Part shown: piece after piece, positions 1 to 8,436 of the stretch | How positions within the stretch are numbered: position 1 is the first letter of the stretch | Layout of the letters: each line of letters opens with the position of its first letter | Assembly: GCA_963768435.1 (NCBI GenBank) | Contig: CAVYIB010000017.1 | Location: 8,923-72,922 of the forward strand | Origin: an uncultured Actinomycetota bacterium | GTDB lineage: Bacteria > Actinomycetota > Thermoleophilia > Gaiellales > Gaiellaceae | Direction of reading: 5' to 3' | Length of the DNA: 64,000 nucleotides | The notes under the pieces: generated by a model | Seen by the model: the letters and a program-made list of their open reading frames with translations, nothing else | What the model was told of the DNA's origin: nothing | Databases searched by the model: none | Translations under genes and position numbers: made by a program

Positions 1-319
1 CGCAGCTATCGCAGACGAGGTGATGGTGATGGCCGCCTCCGGAGTGAACCGGCTCGTAGCGCGAGATACCCGAGCCGAGATCGATCCGCTGCACACATCC
101 CTCGGAAGTGAGGAGGTCCAGCACGCGGTACACGCTCGCGATCCCGACGCGCCGGTCGGACACCCGAAGCCGGTCGAAGATCTCCTGCGCAGTCAAGCAG
201 CAGTCCTGGCCGGCGAGCAGGTCGATCACGGCGCGGCGGGCGCCTCCGTTGCGCAAGCCCTTGCGCTGGAGCACCTCGAGCGTGGTCTCGGACCATTCCG
301 CGTCGGTGGCGCTTCCCAT
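1..319 (-). CDS. Fur-family metal-responsive repressor (Fur/Zur-like), C-terminus runs off the window start
   Basis: Absent from the ORF track because it is open at the window edge. My translation from ATG 319-317 gives MGSATDAEWSETTLEVLQRKGLRNGGARRAVIDLLAGQDCCLTAQEIFDRLRVSDRRVGIASVYRVLDLLTSEGCVQRIDLGSGISRYEPVHSGGGHHHHLVCDSC. This shows a winged helix plus the HHHHxxCxxC metal site typical of the Fur family. Confidence 0.8.
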   Translation of the reverse strand, partial: MGSATDAEWSETTLEVLQRKGLRNGGARRAVIDLLAGQDCCLTAQEIFDRLRVSDRRVGIASVYRVLDLLTSEGCVQRIDLGSGISRYEPVHSGGGHHHHLVCDSC

Positions 320-326
320 CACTCGA

Positions 327-341
327 TGATAGCGATTCTCA
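327..341. promoter_or_regulatory. Candidate Fur/Zur-box-like imperfect inverted repeat TGATAGCGATTCTCA
   Basis: Lies 8 nt upstream of the Fur-family start codon. It has a 7-1-7 layout, but only about 4 of 7 half-site positions are symmetric. Confidence 0.2.
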
Positions 342-589
342 TGAGCCTCGGGCCTTACCACGCTATCCCGCGAACGCTCACAGCTTCGAGCAGATCCAGC
401 ACTTTAGTTATGGTGTGACTACCGATTGTCAGATCAGCGACGCCGGACTCGCCGCGATCCAGACGCTGCCCGCGGCGCCCGACGACGCCTGAGCGACCCG
501 CCGGCCGGTTTGAGATCGGCCACTCCTCCCGCGATGATTCCGGGCAATCGGTCATCGGGGCGCTCGCGCGCCCGCGAAAGGAGACAGTC

Positions 590-1000
590 GTGAAGGACTT
601 CAAGGCATTCCTGCTGCGCGGCAACCTGGTGGACATGGCAGTCGGCATCGTGATCGGCGTCGCGTTCGGGGCGGTGATCGCGGCCTTCGTCGCCGACATC
701 ATCACTCCGCTGATCGCCGCGATCTTCGGCAAGCCGGACTTCTCGCAGCTCTCGTTCACGATCAACGGCAGCCTCTTCTCCTACGGGCTCTTCCTGAACG
801 CCCTGATCGCGTTCGTGCTGGTGGCGATCGTCCTCTTCTTCCTCGTGATCAAGCCCGTGAACGCACTGGTCGCTCGCTCGCGCACCGAGCCGCCCGCCGA
901 CCCGACGACGCGCAACTGCCCCGAGTGCCTGAGCGAGATCCCGATCGCCGCGAGCCGCTGCGCGTTCTGCACGACCGAGGTGGGCGCGCTCGCCGCCTAG
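590..1000 (+). CDS. mscL: Large-conductance mechanosensitive channel MscL with a C-terminal Cys4 tail
   Basis: ORF 590..1000 has a GTG start preceded by AAAGGAG. The N-terminus MKDFKAFLLRGNLVDMAVGIVIGVAFG and two TM helices are classic MscL. The tail carries CPEC-x11-CAFC. Confidence 0.9.
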   Translation: MKDFKAFLLRGNLVDMAVGIVIGVAFGAVIAAFVADIITPLIAAIFGKPDFSQLSFTINGSLFSYGLFLNALIAFVLVAIVLFFLVIKPVNALVARSRTEPPADPTTRNCPECLSEIPIAASRCAFCTTEVGALAA

Positions 1001-1006
1001 GGGCTC

Positions 1007-1720
1007 TTAGTCTCGAGCGGCCCGGTAGGCCGCGGCTTCGGACACGAGCGCCTCGAACAGACGCAGGTCGTCGCCTGCCTCGGGGTGCCAGAGAACGCCG
1101 ACCGCGAACCGGCGCGAGGGATCCTCGAGCGCCTCGATCTGCCCGTCGGCGTCGCGCGCGGATACGCGCAGGCCCGCGCCGAGCCGGGCGTGGCCCTGGT
1201 GGTGGTGCGACTTGACCTCGACCTGGGTGCCGAGAACACCGGCGAGGCGACTTCCGGGCTCGATCTCGACCTCGTGCTCCGAGAACTCGCCGGGCGATTC
1301 CTTGTGCCGCTCGTGCCCGACGAGATCCGGCAGGTGCTGGATCAGGTCGCCGCCGAGAGCGACGTTCAGGACCTGCGAGCCGCGGCAGATCGCCAGCACC
1401 GGCAGGTCGCGCTCGAGCGCAGCGCTCAGCAGCGCCAGCTCGGCCCGGTCGCGCTCGAGAACGATCCCGTTCGTCTCCGCATGGGGCTCCTGCCCGTAGA
1501 GATCGGGATCGAGGTCGGACCCGCCGGAGAAGATCAGCCCGTCGAGCGCATCGAGCGTCTCCTCGATCCCCTCCTCCGACGGCGGCACGAGCAGCGCCCG
1601 GCCCCCCGCCTGCTCGACCCCGAGCACATAGCTCTGCGGGACCAGCACAGCCGTCGTCTCCCACACGCCGAACGACGCGGGCGTCAGGTACGTCGTGATC
1701 CCCACAACGGGCTTCGCCAC
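1007..1720 (-). CDS. Gamma-glutamyl-GABA hydrolase-like class I glutamine amidotransferase (peptidase C26, PuuD family)
   Basis: The C-terminal 238 aa of ORF 1007..1924 carry LAICRGSQVLNVALGG and GVLWHPE motifs. The likely start is GTG at 1720 (VAKPVVGITTYL). The upstream part of the ORF looks non-coding. Confidence 0.8.
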   Translation of the reverse strand: MAKPVVGITTYLTPASFGVWETTAVLVPQSYVLGVEQAGGRALLVPPSEEGIEETLDALDGLIFSGGSDLDPDLYGQEPHAETNGIVLERDRAELALLSAALERDLPVLAICRGSQVLNVALGGDLIQHLPDLVGHERHKESPGEFSEHEVEIEPGSRLAGVLGTQVEVKSHHHQGHARLGAGLRVSARDADGQIEALEDPSRRFAVGVLWHPEAGDDLRLFEALVSEAAAYRAARD

Positions 1721-1955
1721 AGCGCTCCCATTCTTACCGCATGGCCGAAACCTCGCAACAGGGCGGTGAACGACCCTTGCGGCGCGTCCGAGGCGCACGC
1801 ACAGTGGCGGAGCACGCTCGCAGGTTTGGGAAGGCTTGCGGGAGTCGGAGCCGGGCGACAAGGAGTGCGTCCCCCGAGCTTCAACGGGCGGAGGAGAGGT
1901 CTGACTCGTCGGGCCTCTCCTCACACGTCCGGGAGCGGAGCGCTACCTTCGCCGT

Positions 1956-3413
1956 ATGAGGCGGGCCGCAGCCCTCGCAGTCCTCGTAGCGGCGCTCTCG
2001 GCGCCCGGAGGCTCGGCCCCTGCATCGGCCCCGACCTTCGCCGACGCGGGAGGCGCAGCCCTCGCGACGCTGCTCTCCGTCTACTCCGCCGGCGGGGGCC
2101 TCTGGAACGAGTGCGACCTCCCGGTTTGCGCGAAGACCGACAGTGACTGGGGCTCCGACTCGCTCACCTACGCGCTCTGGCTCGGCTGGCAGACCTCGGC
2201 CGACGCGCACATCCCACCGCTGATGGCGGAGCTGGCCGCCGGCTCGCCGTCCTATCCCGGGACGTGCACGCTCCCGTCCTGCCAGTCGTGGAGCGACGTG
2301 CCCGAGTGGGACGCGATCGCCGACGTCCGCGAGTACCAGGTGACGAAGGATCCGGCCGCCCTCGCCAAGGCCCGGGCCGCGTTTCAGTTCGTCGAGGGTG
2401 CCGATGCGTACTCGCTCGGCGCGTGCCCCGAGATCCGCTACCAGCAGCCCTCCGGCCGCGACAACCAGCTGAAGACGCTCGAGACCGACGCCAACGCGGT
2501 CAAGGCCGCGATCCTTCTCTACCAGGCGACCGGCGAGAGCGCCTACCTGCAGTCGGCTACCGACCGGTACGCCGCGATCCGCTCGCGCTTCCTCGACCCG
2601 GCGGTACCGCTCTACACGGTCTATGTCTTCGACGACGGGTCGAGCTGCACGCAGGTCCCACACCGGTTCTTCGCCTCCGTCAACGGCGACATGATCTGGA
2701 ACGGGCTCGAGCTCGGTCGGCTCACGGGCGTCCAGAGCTATCTCGACGACGCGATGTCGAGCGCGAAGGCGGTCGTCTCGGATCTCTCCGACGGCGCCGG
2801 CGTGTTCGCAGACCTCCAGGCCGAGAACGACATCGTCGAGCCGCTGGTGGAGGCGATGTACGCACTCGCCACCGAGGCGCACGCGGCCTTCGCGCGTCAG
2901 TGGCTGCTCACGAACGCCGCCGCGGCGATCTCGGCTCGTGCTTCGGACGGCTCGTTCGGACGCTTCTTCGACGGCCCGCCGCCCGCGACGCTCGTGACCG
3001 CCTGGCAGACGAACGGTGGCCTGGCGCTCGAGATCGCCGCCGCGGCGCTCGATCCCACCGGCGTGACGCCCACGGGTAGCGCCTGGGCCGGAGCCCGACG
3101 AATCTCGCGCTCGCTCGGGCCGACCGGCGTGATCCACTTCCACGGCTCGGCGATCGCACTGCTGGGAACGCTCGGGGAGAGCTGCTGCGAGGCCGGGCAC
3201 GCACGCGTGCTCGTCGACGGGCGCGAGACCTTCGACGGCACCGGGATCTGGCAGGACAAGTCGAGCTCGGGCAAGCGGATCCCCGGCGCGGTGCTGTTTG
3301 CCTGGCGCTGGCGAAAGCCGGGCTTGCACACGATCTCGTTCGCGCCCGGGATCGTCAACGGGAAAGAAGGAGGGCCGTTCCTGCACGTGCGGTCGTATCT
3401 CGTGGCGCCCTGA
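1956..3413 (+). CDS. Secreted (alpha/alpha)6-barrel glycoside-hydrolase-like protein (GH76-like) with a C-terminal beta-rich domain
   Basis: ORF 1956..3413 has a signal peptide (MRRAAALAVLVAALSAPGGSAPASA). The segment TDANAVKAAILLYQATGESAYLQSATDRYAAI resembles GH76-type repeats. The family call is tentative. Confidence 0.55.
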   Translation: MRRAAALAVLVAALSAPGGSAPASAPTFADAGGAALATLLSVYSAGGGLWNECDLPVCAKTDSDWGSDSLTYALWLGWQTSADAHIPPLMAELAAGSPSYPGTCTLPSCQSWSDVPEWDAIADVREYQVTKDPAALAKARAAFQFVEGADAYSLGACPEIRYQQPSGRDNQLKTLETDANAVKAAILLYQATGESAYLQSATDRYAAIRSRFLDPAVPLYTVYVFDDGSSCTQVPHRFFASVNGDMIWNGLELGRLTGVQSYLDDAMSSAKAVVSDLSDGAGVFADLQAENDIVEPLVEAMYALATEAHAAFARQWLLTNAAAAISARASDGSFGRFFDGPPPATLVTAWQTNGGLALEIAAAALDPTGVTPTGSAWAGARRISRSLGPTGVIHFHGSAIALLGTLGESCCEAGHARVLVDGRETFDGTGIWQDKSSSGKRIPGAVLFAWRWRKPGLHTISFAPGIVNGKEGGPFLHVRSYLVAP

Positions 3414-3452
3414 CTGTTGCCATTTGACAGCGACTGTGGCAGAGTCCCCTCA

Positions 3453-4223
3453 ATGGATCGGCTGCTACTCGTCACGAGCCCGCTCCTCACGGGGCCCGAT
3501 GTGCTCGCGGTTCAGAGACGGCTCGCTGCGCTCGGCTTCGACCCCGGACCGCTCGACGGCGTGTACGGCCCGGCGACCGAGCATGCCGTACGAGAGCTCC
3601 AGGAGACAGCCGGGATCGAGGTCGACGGGATCGTCGGGCCGGAGACGCGCGCGAAGCTTGCGAGTGGCGACGACGGCCCCGCCGTGCACGGGGGAAGCGC
3701 GGTCGGCCGGCGCGCGCTCGCCGAAGCAGTGAAATGGCTCGGGACGAAGGAAGAGCCGCCCGGGTCGAACCGCACGCCTTTCGGCGCCTGGTTCGGGCTC
3801 GACGGCGTCCCCTGGTGCAGCATCTTCGTCAGCTACTGCTTCGCGGTCGGCGCCCGCACGATCATCGCCGCCGGGTTCCACGCTGCCGGATGCACGCCCC
3901 GCGGCTGCGCTTACGTTCCGTCCACCGAAGCCTGGCTGCGGTCGACCGGCATGTGGGCCGGTCGCCGACCCCCACAGCCCGGCGACCTCGCGATCTACAA
4001 CTGGGACGGCGGGGCCCCCGATCACATCGGGATCGTCGAGAGCGCCGGCGGCGCCGACTCGTTCACCGCGATCGAGGGGAACACCGCGCCGGGAGCCGAC
4101 GCGAACGGCGGCGCAGTGATGCGTCGCCGGCGCACCCTCGCCGACGTCGACGGCTTCGGGCGGGTCGCTCACACTCTCCGCACGTGGCCCGAACCGGATT
4201 CTCAGGTTTCGCCCGTACCGTGA
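3453..4223 (+). CDS. Peptidoglycan-binding domain plus CHAP-domain peptidoglycan hydrolase
   Basis: ORF 3417..4223, with ATG at 3453. It carries a PG_binding_1-like GPDVLAVQRRLAALGFDPGPLDGVYGPATEHAVRELQ and a CHAP-like WCSIFVSYCF...DHIGIV...GNT. Confidence 0.8.
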   Translation: MDRLLLVTSPLLTGPDVLAVQRRLAALGFDPGPLDGVYGPATEHAVRELQETAGIEVDGIVGPETRAKLASGDDGPAVHGGSAVGRRALAEAVKWLGTKEEPPGSNRTPFGAWFGLDGVPWCSIFVSYCFAVGARTIIAAGFHAAGCTPRGCAYVPSTEAWLRSTGMWAGRRPPQPGDLAIYNWDGGAPDHIGIVESAGGADSFTAIEGNTAPGADANGGAVMRRRRTLADVDGFGRVAHTLRTWPEPDSQVSPVP

Positions 4224-4227
4224 TGCG

Positions 4228-5988
4228 ATGGCAAGGAGCGCTGCAGCCGGCAGCGAAGTACCAGCCATGCGCTGGTTGAGCTCAGCGCGCACCTCAGGGG
4301 TTCGCAGGCACTGGAGACGGTTGGGTGGCGTCGCGCTCGCGGCGGGGCTCAGCTTTGTCCTGGCCGGAGGCGGATCTGCCTCGTCGGGCGCGACCAAGGC
4401 CTCCGCCTTCGAGGGCTACGCATTCGACGCCTGCAACGCGCCCAACCTCGACACGCTGAACTCCTGGCTCGCCTCGCCCTACCGCGCGCTCGGCATCTAC
4501 GTCGGCGGGGCCAATCGCGCGTGCTCGAACGCCCAGCTCTCCCCCACCTGGACGGCGGGCGCGGTCGCGACCGGGTGGAGCCTGATCCCGCTCTACGTCG
4601 GCCTCCAGGCTCCGTGCGTCGGCCGCTCCGATCTCGCGAAGATCTCTCCCGCGCTCGCGGCAAGCCAGGGGACGGCCGCAGCCGACGATGCCGCGAACGA
4701 CTCGTCGGCGCTCGGCCTGCCGCAGGGCAGCCCGATCTACTTCGACATGGAGGGCTACTCGGTCAACAACCCGGCGTGCAGCCAGGCCGTGCAGGCCTTC
4801 GTCTCCGGCTGGGTGAACGAGCTGCACGCGCTCGGCGACCTCGCAGGCGTCTACGGCAGCGCCGGCTCGACCATTCGCGACCTGCAGGCGCTCGCCGCGA
4901 CCGGCTCCTCGCCGGACGACGTCTGGATCGCCGACTGGAACGGCAACGAGAGCGTCTTCGGCAATCCCTATGTCTCGGATGCGATCTGGACGAACCACCA
5001 GCGGATCCACCAGTACCGCGGCGCCCACCACGAGACCTGGAACGGCGAGACGATCGACGTCGACTCGAGCTACGTCGACGCGGCGGTCGTGGGCTCGACC
5101 GGGTCGACGCCGATCCCCGGCCCACCCGCCACGACCCCGCTCCTCGGTGAGTCTGCTGCCGGATCGGTGACCGCGGTCGACGGCCTCTCCTCCGTGAAAT
5201 GGCCTGCCGGCGCATTCCGGCAGTCGGTCGTGGTGACACTCACTCCGGCGCTTCCGACCCAGCCGGTGCCGGGGTTCGGGACAGGCGGCTACGGCGTACA
5301 GCTCCAGGTGCAGCAGACCGCGACCACGCAGCTCCGGAGCGGGTTCGGCGTGCCGCTGACCATCCACATCCCGCCGCGACCCGGCCCGCTCGCGCCGATG
5401 ACCTCGACCGACGGCGTCACCTGGGCTCCGCTCCAGCCGCTGTTCTCGGGGACGCTGCCGAGGGGCGCGCGCGCGGGCTACTCGCGAAACGCCGACGGCT
5501 CACTCGATATCGAGTCGACGAGCAGCGGCTTCTTCGCCGTGCTTCCCGAGCGGTCGCGACCGTCCGCTCCGGCCGAGCTCACCGGTCACTTCTCTCACGG
5601 CCAGCTGGTGCTCTCGTGGGGCAAATCGACCGGGCCGAGCGGCGCCGCCGTCTCCTACCAGGTGACGCTCACGAACCATCCGCTGCTCGCGATCCCGGGC
5701 CAGACGACCGCCGCAGTCGCGCGCATCCACCACAGCGCGCCGAGCGTCTACCGCGTGGTCGCGACCGACGCGGCCGGAAAGGTCAGCGAGCCCTCCAAGC
5801 CGCTCGTGCTCCTGCCCTCGAAGCGGCCGACGAAGCTGCCGAAGGCACTCCCGAGATGGGCGTTCGAGCTGTTCAACTGGCTCCAGAACGGGAAGGCCGG
5901 AGCCCGCCCGACCGCGCCGAAGATCGTTCCGGCGTGGTTCTGGCGCTGGTACGACTGGCGCGCGGCGCCGTTCCACATCCGCCGCTGA
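4228..5988 (+). CDS. Rv2525c-like (DUF1906) glycoside-hydrolase-like domain protein with an Fn3-like region and a C-terminal hydrophobic tail
   Basis: ORF 4228..5988, with an alternative ATG at 4267. It has an RR-containing signal region (VRRHWRRLGGVALAAG) and DUF1906-like segments (GYAFDACNAP...YFDMEGY...IHQY). The segment LTGHFSHGQLVLSWGKSTGPSGAAVSYQVTL looks Fn3-like. Confidence 0.7.
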   Translation: MARSAAAGSEVPAMRWLSSARTSGVRRHWRRLGGVALAAGLSFVLAGGGSASSGATKASAFEGYAFDACNAPNLDTLNSWLASPYRALGIYVGGANRACSNAQLSPTWTAGAVATGWSLIPLYVGLQAPCVGRSDLAKISPALAASQGTAAADDAANDSSALGLPQGSPIYFDMEGYSVNNPACSQAVQAFVSGWVNELHALGDLAGVYGSAGSTIRDLQALAATGSSPDDVWIADWNGNESVFGNPYVSDAIWTNHQRIHQYRGAHHETWNGETIDVDSSYVDAAVVGSTGSTPIPGPPATTPLLGESAAGSVTAVDGLSSVKWPAGAFRQSVVVTLTPALPTQPVPGFGTGGYGVQLQVQQTATTQLRSGFGVPLTIHIPPRPGPLAPMTSTDGVTWAPLQPLFSGTLPRGARAGYSRNADGSLDIESTSSGFFAVLPERSRPSAPAELTGHFSHGQLVLSWGKSTGPSGAAVSYQVTLTNHPLLAIPGQTTAAVARIHHSAPSVYRVVATDAAGKVSEPSKPLVLLPSKRPTKLPKALPRWAFELFNWLQNGKAGARPTAPKIVPAWFWRWYDWRAAPFHIRR

Positions 5989-6103
5989 CGGGCGCTGTTG
6001 CCCGGCCGGCAGACCCCATCCAGCCGATTTTCGGTTTATGCTCGCGAGTACCCGCCAAGAACGCGGGTCATGGCCGGCAACGACACGGAAAGGGCGTTGG
6101 AAC

Positions 6104-6688
6104 ATGGATGGCATCATGAAGTTGCCCCGCGAGGTCCAGGCGACGCTTTCGGGACTGATCCTTTTCGTCATCTTCTCGTTCTTCGATTGGCAACAGGCTT
6201 CGCTCGGCCCGTACACCGTCGGGCGGAATCTCTGGCACGGCATCGGGATCATCACGATTCTGATCGCCCTCGGCTACCTGGCCTGGGAAGTCGTACGAGC
6301 GCTGAACTACGAGGTGAAGGTAGGCGAAGTCACACCCGCTATGAGCTCGGTCGGGCTCTCGATCGCGCTGCTCGTCTTTACCGTCATCACCTTCCTGGAC
6401 TGGAGCGACTACCGGCACTGGCCGCAGTACGTCGGACTGCTCCTTGCGATCTTGCTCACCGTCGTAGCGGTAAAGCGCGGTAGGGACGAGGGCGTGACCA
6501 TGCCGAAAATGCCGCAGAACGTCACCCTCGGCAAGCCGGCCGCTGCCGGCGGAGCCGCCGCAGCCGCTGCTGCTCCGGCTGCCGCTGCCCCCGCAGCGCC
6601 GGCCGAGCCCCCGGCCGCACCCGCCGAACCGGTCGAGCCACCGGCACCTCCGGCCGACGACGCCGGCGCCGCTCCGGAAACGACCTGA
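6104..6688 (+). CDS. Four-TM membrane protein with an Ala/Pro-rich C-terminal tail (hypothetical)
   Basis: ORF 6038..6688, with the likely start at MDGIMKL (6104). It has hydrophobic helices and an AAAPAAAAPAAPAEPPAAPAEP tail. Confidence 0.6.
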   Translation: MDGIMKLPREVQATLSGLILFVIFSFFDWQQASLGPYTVGRNLWHGIGIITILIALGYLAWEVVRALNYEVKVGEVTPAMSSVGLSIALLVFTVITFLDWSDYRHWPQYVGLLLAILLTVVAVKRGRDEGVTMPKMPQNVTLGKPAAAGGAAAAAAAPAAAAPAAPAEPPAAPAEPVEPPAPPADDAGAAPETT

Positions 6689-6768
6689 GCAACTCCCCGT
6701 CGTAACCGGCGAATGTCCGAGGGGCGCCCACCGGGCGCCCCTCGCTGTCTCTGCTCTACCCTCGGTAC

Positions 6769-7174
6769 GTGCTCGTTCGCCTTGCCCCGAGAGTCGCCGC
6801 CATCTCGGACGGCCTGGCGATCCTCGTCTTCGTCACGATCGGCCTCCTCTCGCACGAGCACGGGCTGCACGCCACCGGCTATGCCCGCGATGCTCTCCCG
6901 TTCCTCGGCTGCTGGTTCGCGGCAGCGCTCGGCTTTCACCTCTATGCGCGGCCGAGCTTCGGACGGCTTGCGGCGACGTGGGCCGTCGGAGTGCCGGCTG
7001 CGGTGCTGGTGCGTGCGCTCGTGCTCGGCCGCTCACTGGGCGGGAAGGAGGCCGCGTTCCTCATCGTCTCGCTCGTCACCGTCGGCGTGCTCGTCACCGC
7101 GTTCCGGCTCGTCTCACGCTGCTTTCGTCGCGGGTACGCCCCGCGCGCTCATGATCCCGTCGATCAGCCCGTAG
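6769..7174 (+). CDS. DUF3054-like small membrane protein, 3' end uncertain
   Basis: The first ~130 aa of ORF 6769..7530 are hydrophobic ([20 protein letters not shown]...). The frame then stays open to 7530, antisense to clpP. Stops occur near 7150 and 7174 in the other two frames, so an indel near the 3' end is likely. Confidence 0.45.
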
Positions 7175-7729
7175 TCGACCGCCTCGGCCGGCGTCATGAA
7201 GCGATCGCGATCGATGTCGAGCAGCACCTGCTCCACCGCTCGTCCCGAGTGGCGCGAGATGATCTCCGACATCTGCCGCGTCAACTCGAGGATCTCGCGG
7301 GCAGCGATCTGAATGTCCGCGGGCGTGCCGCGAAACCCACCCGATCCCTGATGGATCATGATCTTGGCGTTCGGGAGCGCGTACCGCTTGCCGGCCGCCC
7401 CGCCGCAGAGGATCATCGCCGCGGCCGACATCCCCATCCCCATGCAGACCGTCGCGATGTCGGGCTTCACGTACTGCATCGCGTCGTAGATCGCCATGTC
7501 CCGCATAGGCGGAGCCGCCGGGCGAGTTGACGTAGAGCCAGATGTCCTTGTCGGGATCCTCCGCCTCGAGCACGAGCAGCTGGGCGGCGACGAGGTTCGC
7601 GACGGAGTCGTCGACCTCCTGGCCGAGGAAGACGATCCGCTCCCGCAGGAGCCGGGAGTAGATGTCGAACGAGCGCTCGCCGCGGCCGTCCGCCTCGAGC
7701 ACCATCGGGATGACCTGACCGACCACCAT
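7114..7729 (-). CDS. clpP: ATP-dependent Clp protease proteolytic subunit, interrupted by a 1-nt frameshift near 7498-7501
   Basis: The N-terminal half lies in the frame of ORF 7094..8152: [73 protein letters not shown]. The C-terminal half lies in the frame of ORF 7114..8061: [30 protein letters not shown]...IMIHQGSGG. The join reads GGSAYAG[+1 nt]MAIYD. Confidence 0.9.
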
Positions 7730-7747
7730 GCGCACCTCCTGTAATGT

Positions 7748-7790
7748 GCAACCGTTAGGTTGCCCACCATACACGCAACCTGGAGGTTGC
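7748..7790. promoter_or_regulatory. Two perfect GCAACC-N4-GGTTGC palindromes (7748-7763 and 7775-7790), candidate operators
   Basis: The sequences are GCAACCgttaGGTTGC and GCAACCtggaGGTTGC. They lie in the 63-nt gap between divergent clpP and the SRPBCC-ArsR genes. The second spacer contains the GGAGG 7 nt before ATG 7793. Confidence 0.5.
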
Positions 7791-7792
7791 CG

Positions 7793-8134
7793 ATGATTCG
7801 CAAGGAGATCGTGCTGGAGGCGACACGCGAGGAGGTCTGGGCCGCCCTGACCGACCCGCTCGAGCTCGAGAGCTGGTTTGCCAACGACGTCGAGCTCGAG
7901 CTCCGGCCGGGCGGCGAGGCGATCTTCCGGTGGTCGAACGGCGAGTCGCGCCAGGCGACCGTGACCGAGGTCGAGCCCGGCGAACGGCTCGCCTTCGAAT
8001 GGGAAGGCGAGGGGGAGGTCGAGTTCACGCTCGACGACGACGCGGACGGCACCCGCCTCACCGTTGTCGAGACCTCTCCCGCCTGGACGACCGCGCTCGA
8101 CCTCCGGGCCTCGGCGGCATGCGCGCTTGCCTGA
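7793..8134 (+). CDS. SRPBCC-superfamily (AHSA1/START-like) protein
   Basis: ORF 7760..8134, with ATG at 7793. The sequence [30 protein letters not shown]...GERLAFEW is typical of this family. An adjacent ArsR regulator is the usual genomic context. Confidence 0.75.
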   Translation: MIRKEIVLEATREEVWAALTDPLELESWFANDVELELRPGGEAIFRWSNGESRQATVTEVEPGERLAFEWEGEGEVEFTLDDDADGTRLTVVETSPAWTTALDLRASAACALA

Positions 8135-8426
8135 GCCTCTGAGCAGCGACACCCTGAACCACGTCTTCTCGGCCCTGGCCGATCCGAGCCGCAGGCAGAT
8201 GCTCGGCTATCTCGCCGACCATGGAACCGCTACGCCGACGGAGTTGACCGGCGAGCTCCCGATGACCCGGCAGGCGGTCTCGAAGCACCTCGCTGCCCTG
8301 AGCGACGCGGGGCTCGTCGATGCCGAGCGGGCCGGACGCGAGACCCGCTACCGGCTGACCGAAGCCGGCGAGGAGTGGGACGACCGGCTCAACGCGCTTC
8401 GACGCCACCTGGAGCGAGGCAGCTAG
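8064..8426 (+). CDS. ArsR/SmtB-family transcriptional regulator
   Basis: ORF 8064..8426 carries [52 protein letters not shown] (wHTH). The start is uncertain: TTG at 8064 or TTG at 8127. Confidence 0.8.
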   Translation: MSRPLPPGRPRSTSGPRRHARLPEPLSSDTLNHVFSALADPSRRQMLGYLADHGTATPTELTGELPMTRQAVSKHLAALSDAGLVDAERAGRETRYRLTEAGEEWDDRLNALRRHLERGS

Positions 8427-8436
8427 CGTAGCCGCC

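Noticed and set aside
5262-5285. GCCGGTGCCGGGG inside the DUF1906-like gene, resembling the 3' arm of the mini-ORF hairpin
   Set aside because: It is an isolated GC-rich 13-mer within a coding region. It lacks the MSVG box, a partner arm or a start-stop context, and is most likely a chance match in GC-rich DNA.
6530-6680. A GC-rich low-complexity repeat (GCC/GCG/CCG runs)
   Set aside because: It is in frame inside the membrane-protein ORF and encodes an Ala/Pro-rich tail. It is not a CRISPR array or a non-coding tandem repeat.
6769-7530. The full 253-aa reading of the DUF3054-like ORF
   Set aside because: Only the first ~130 aa are membrane-protein-like. The remainder is antisense to clpP and Arg/Asp-rich. 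A lost stop or a nearby indel is more likely than a genuine 400-nt gene overlap.
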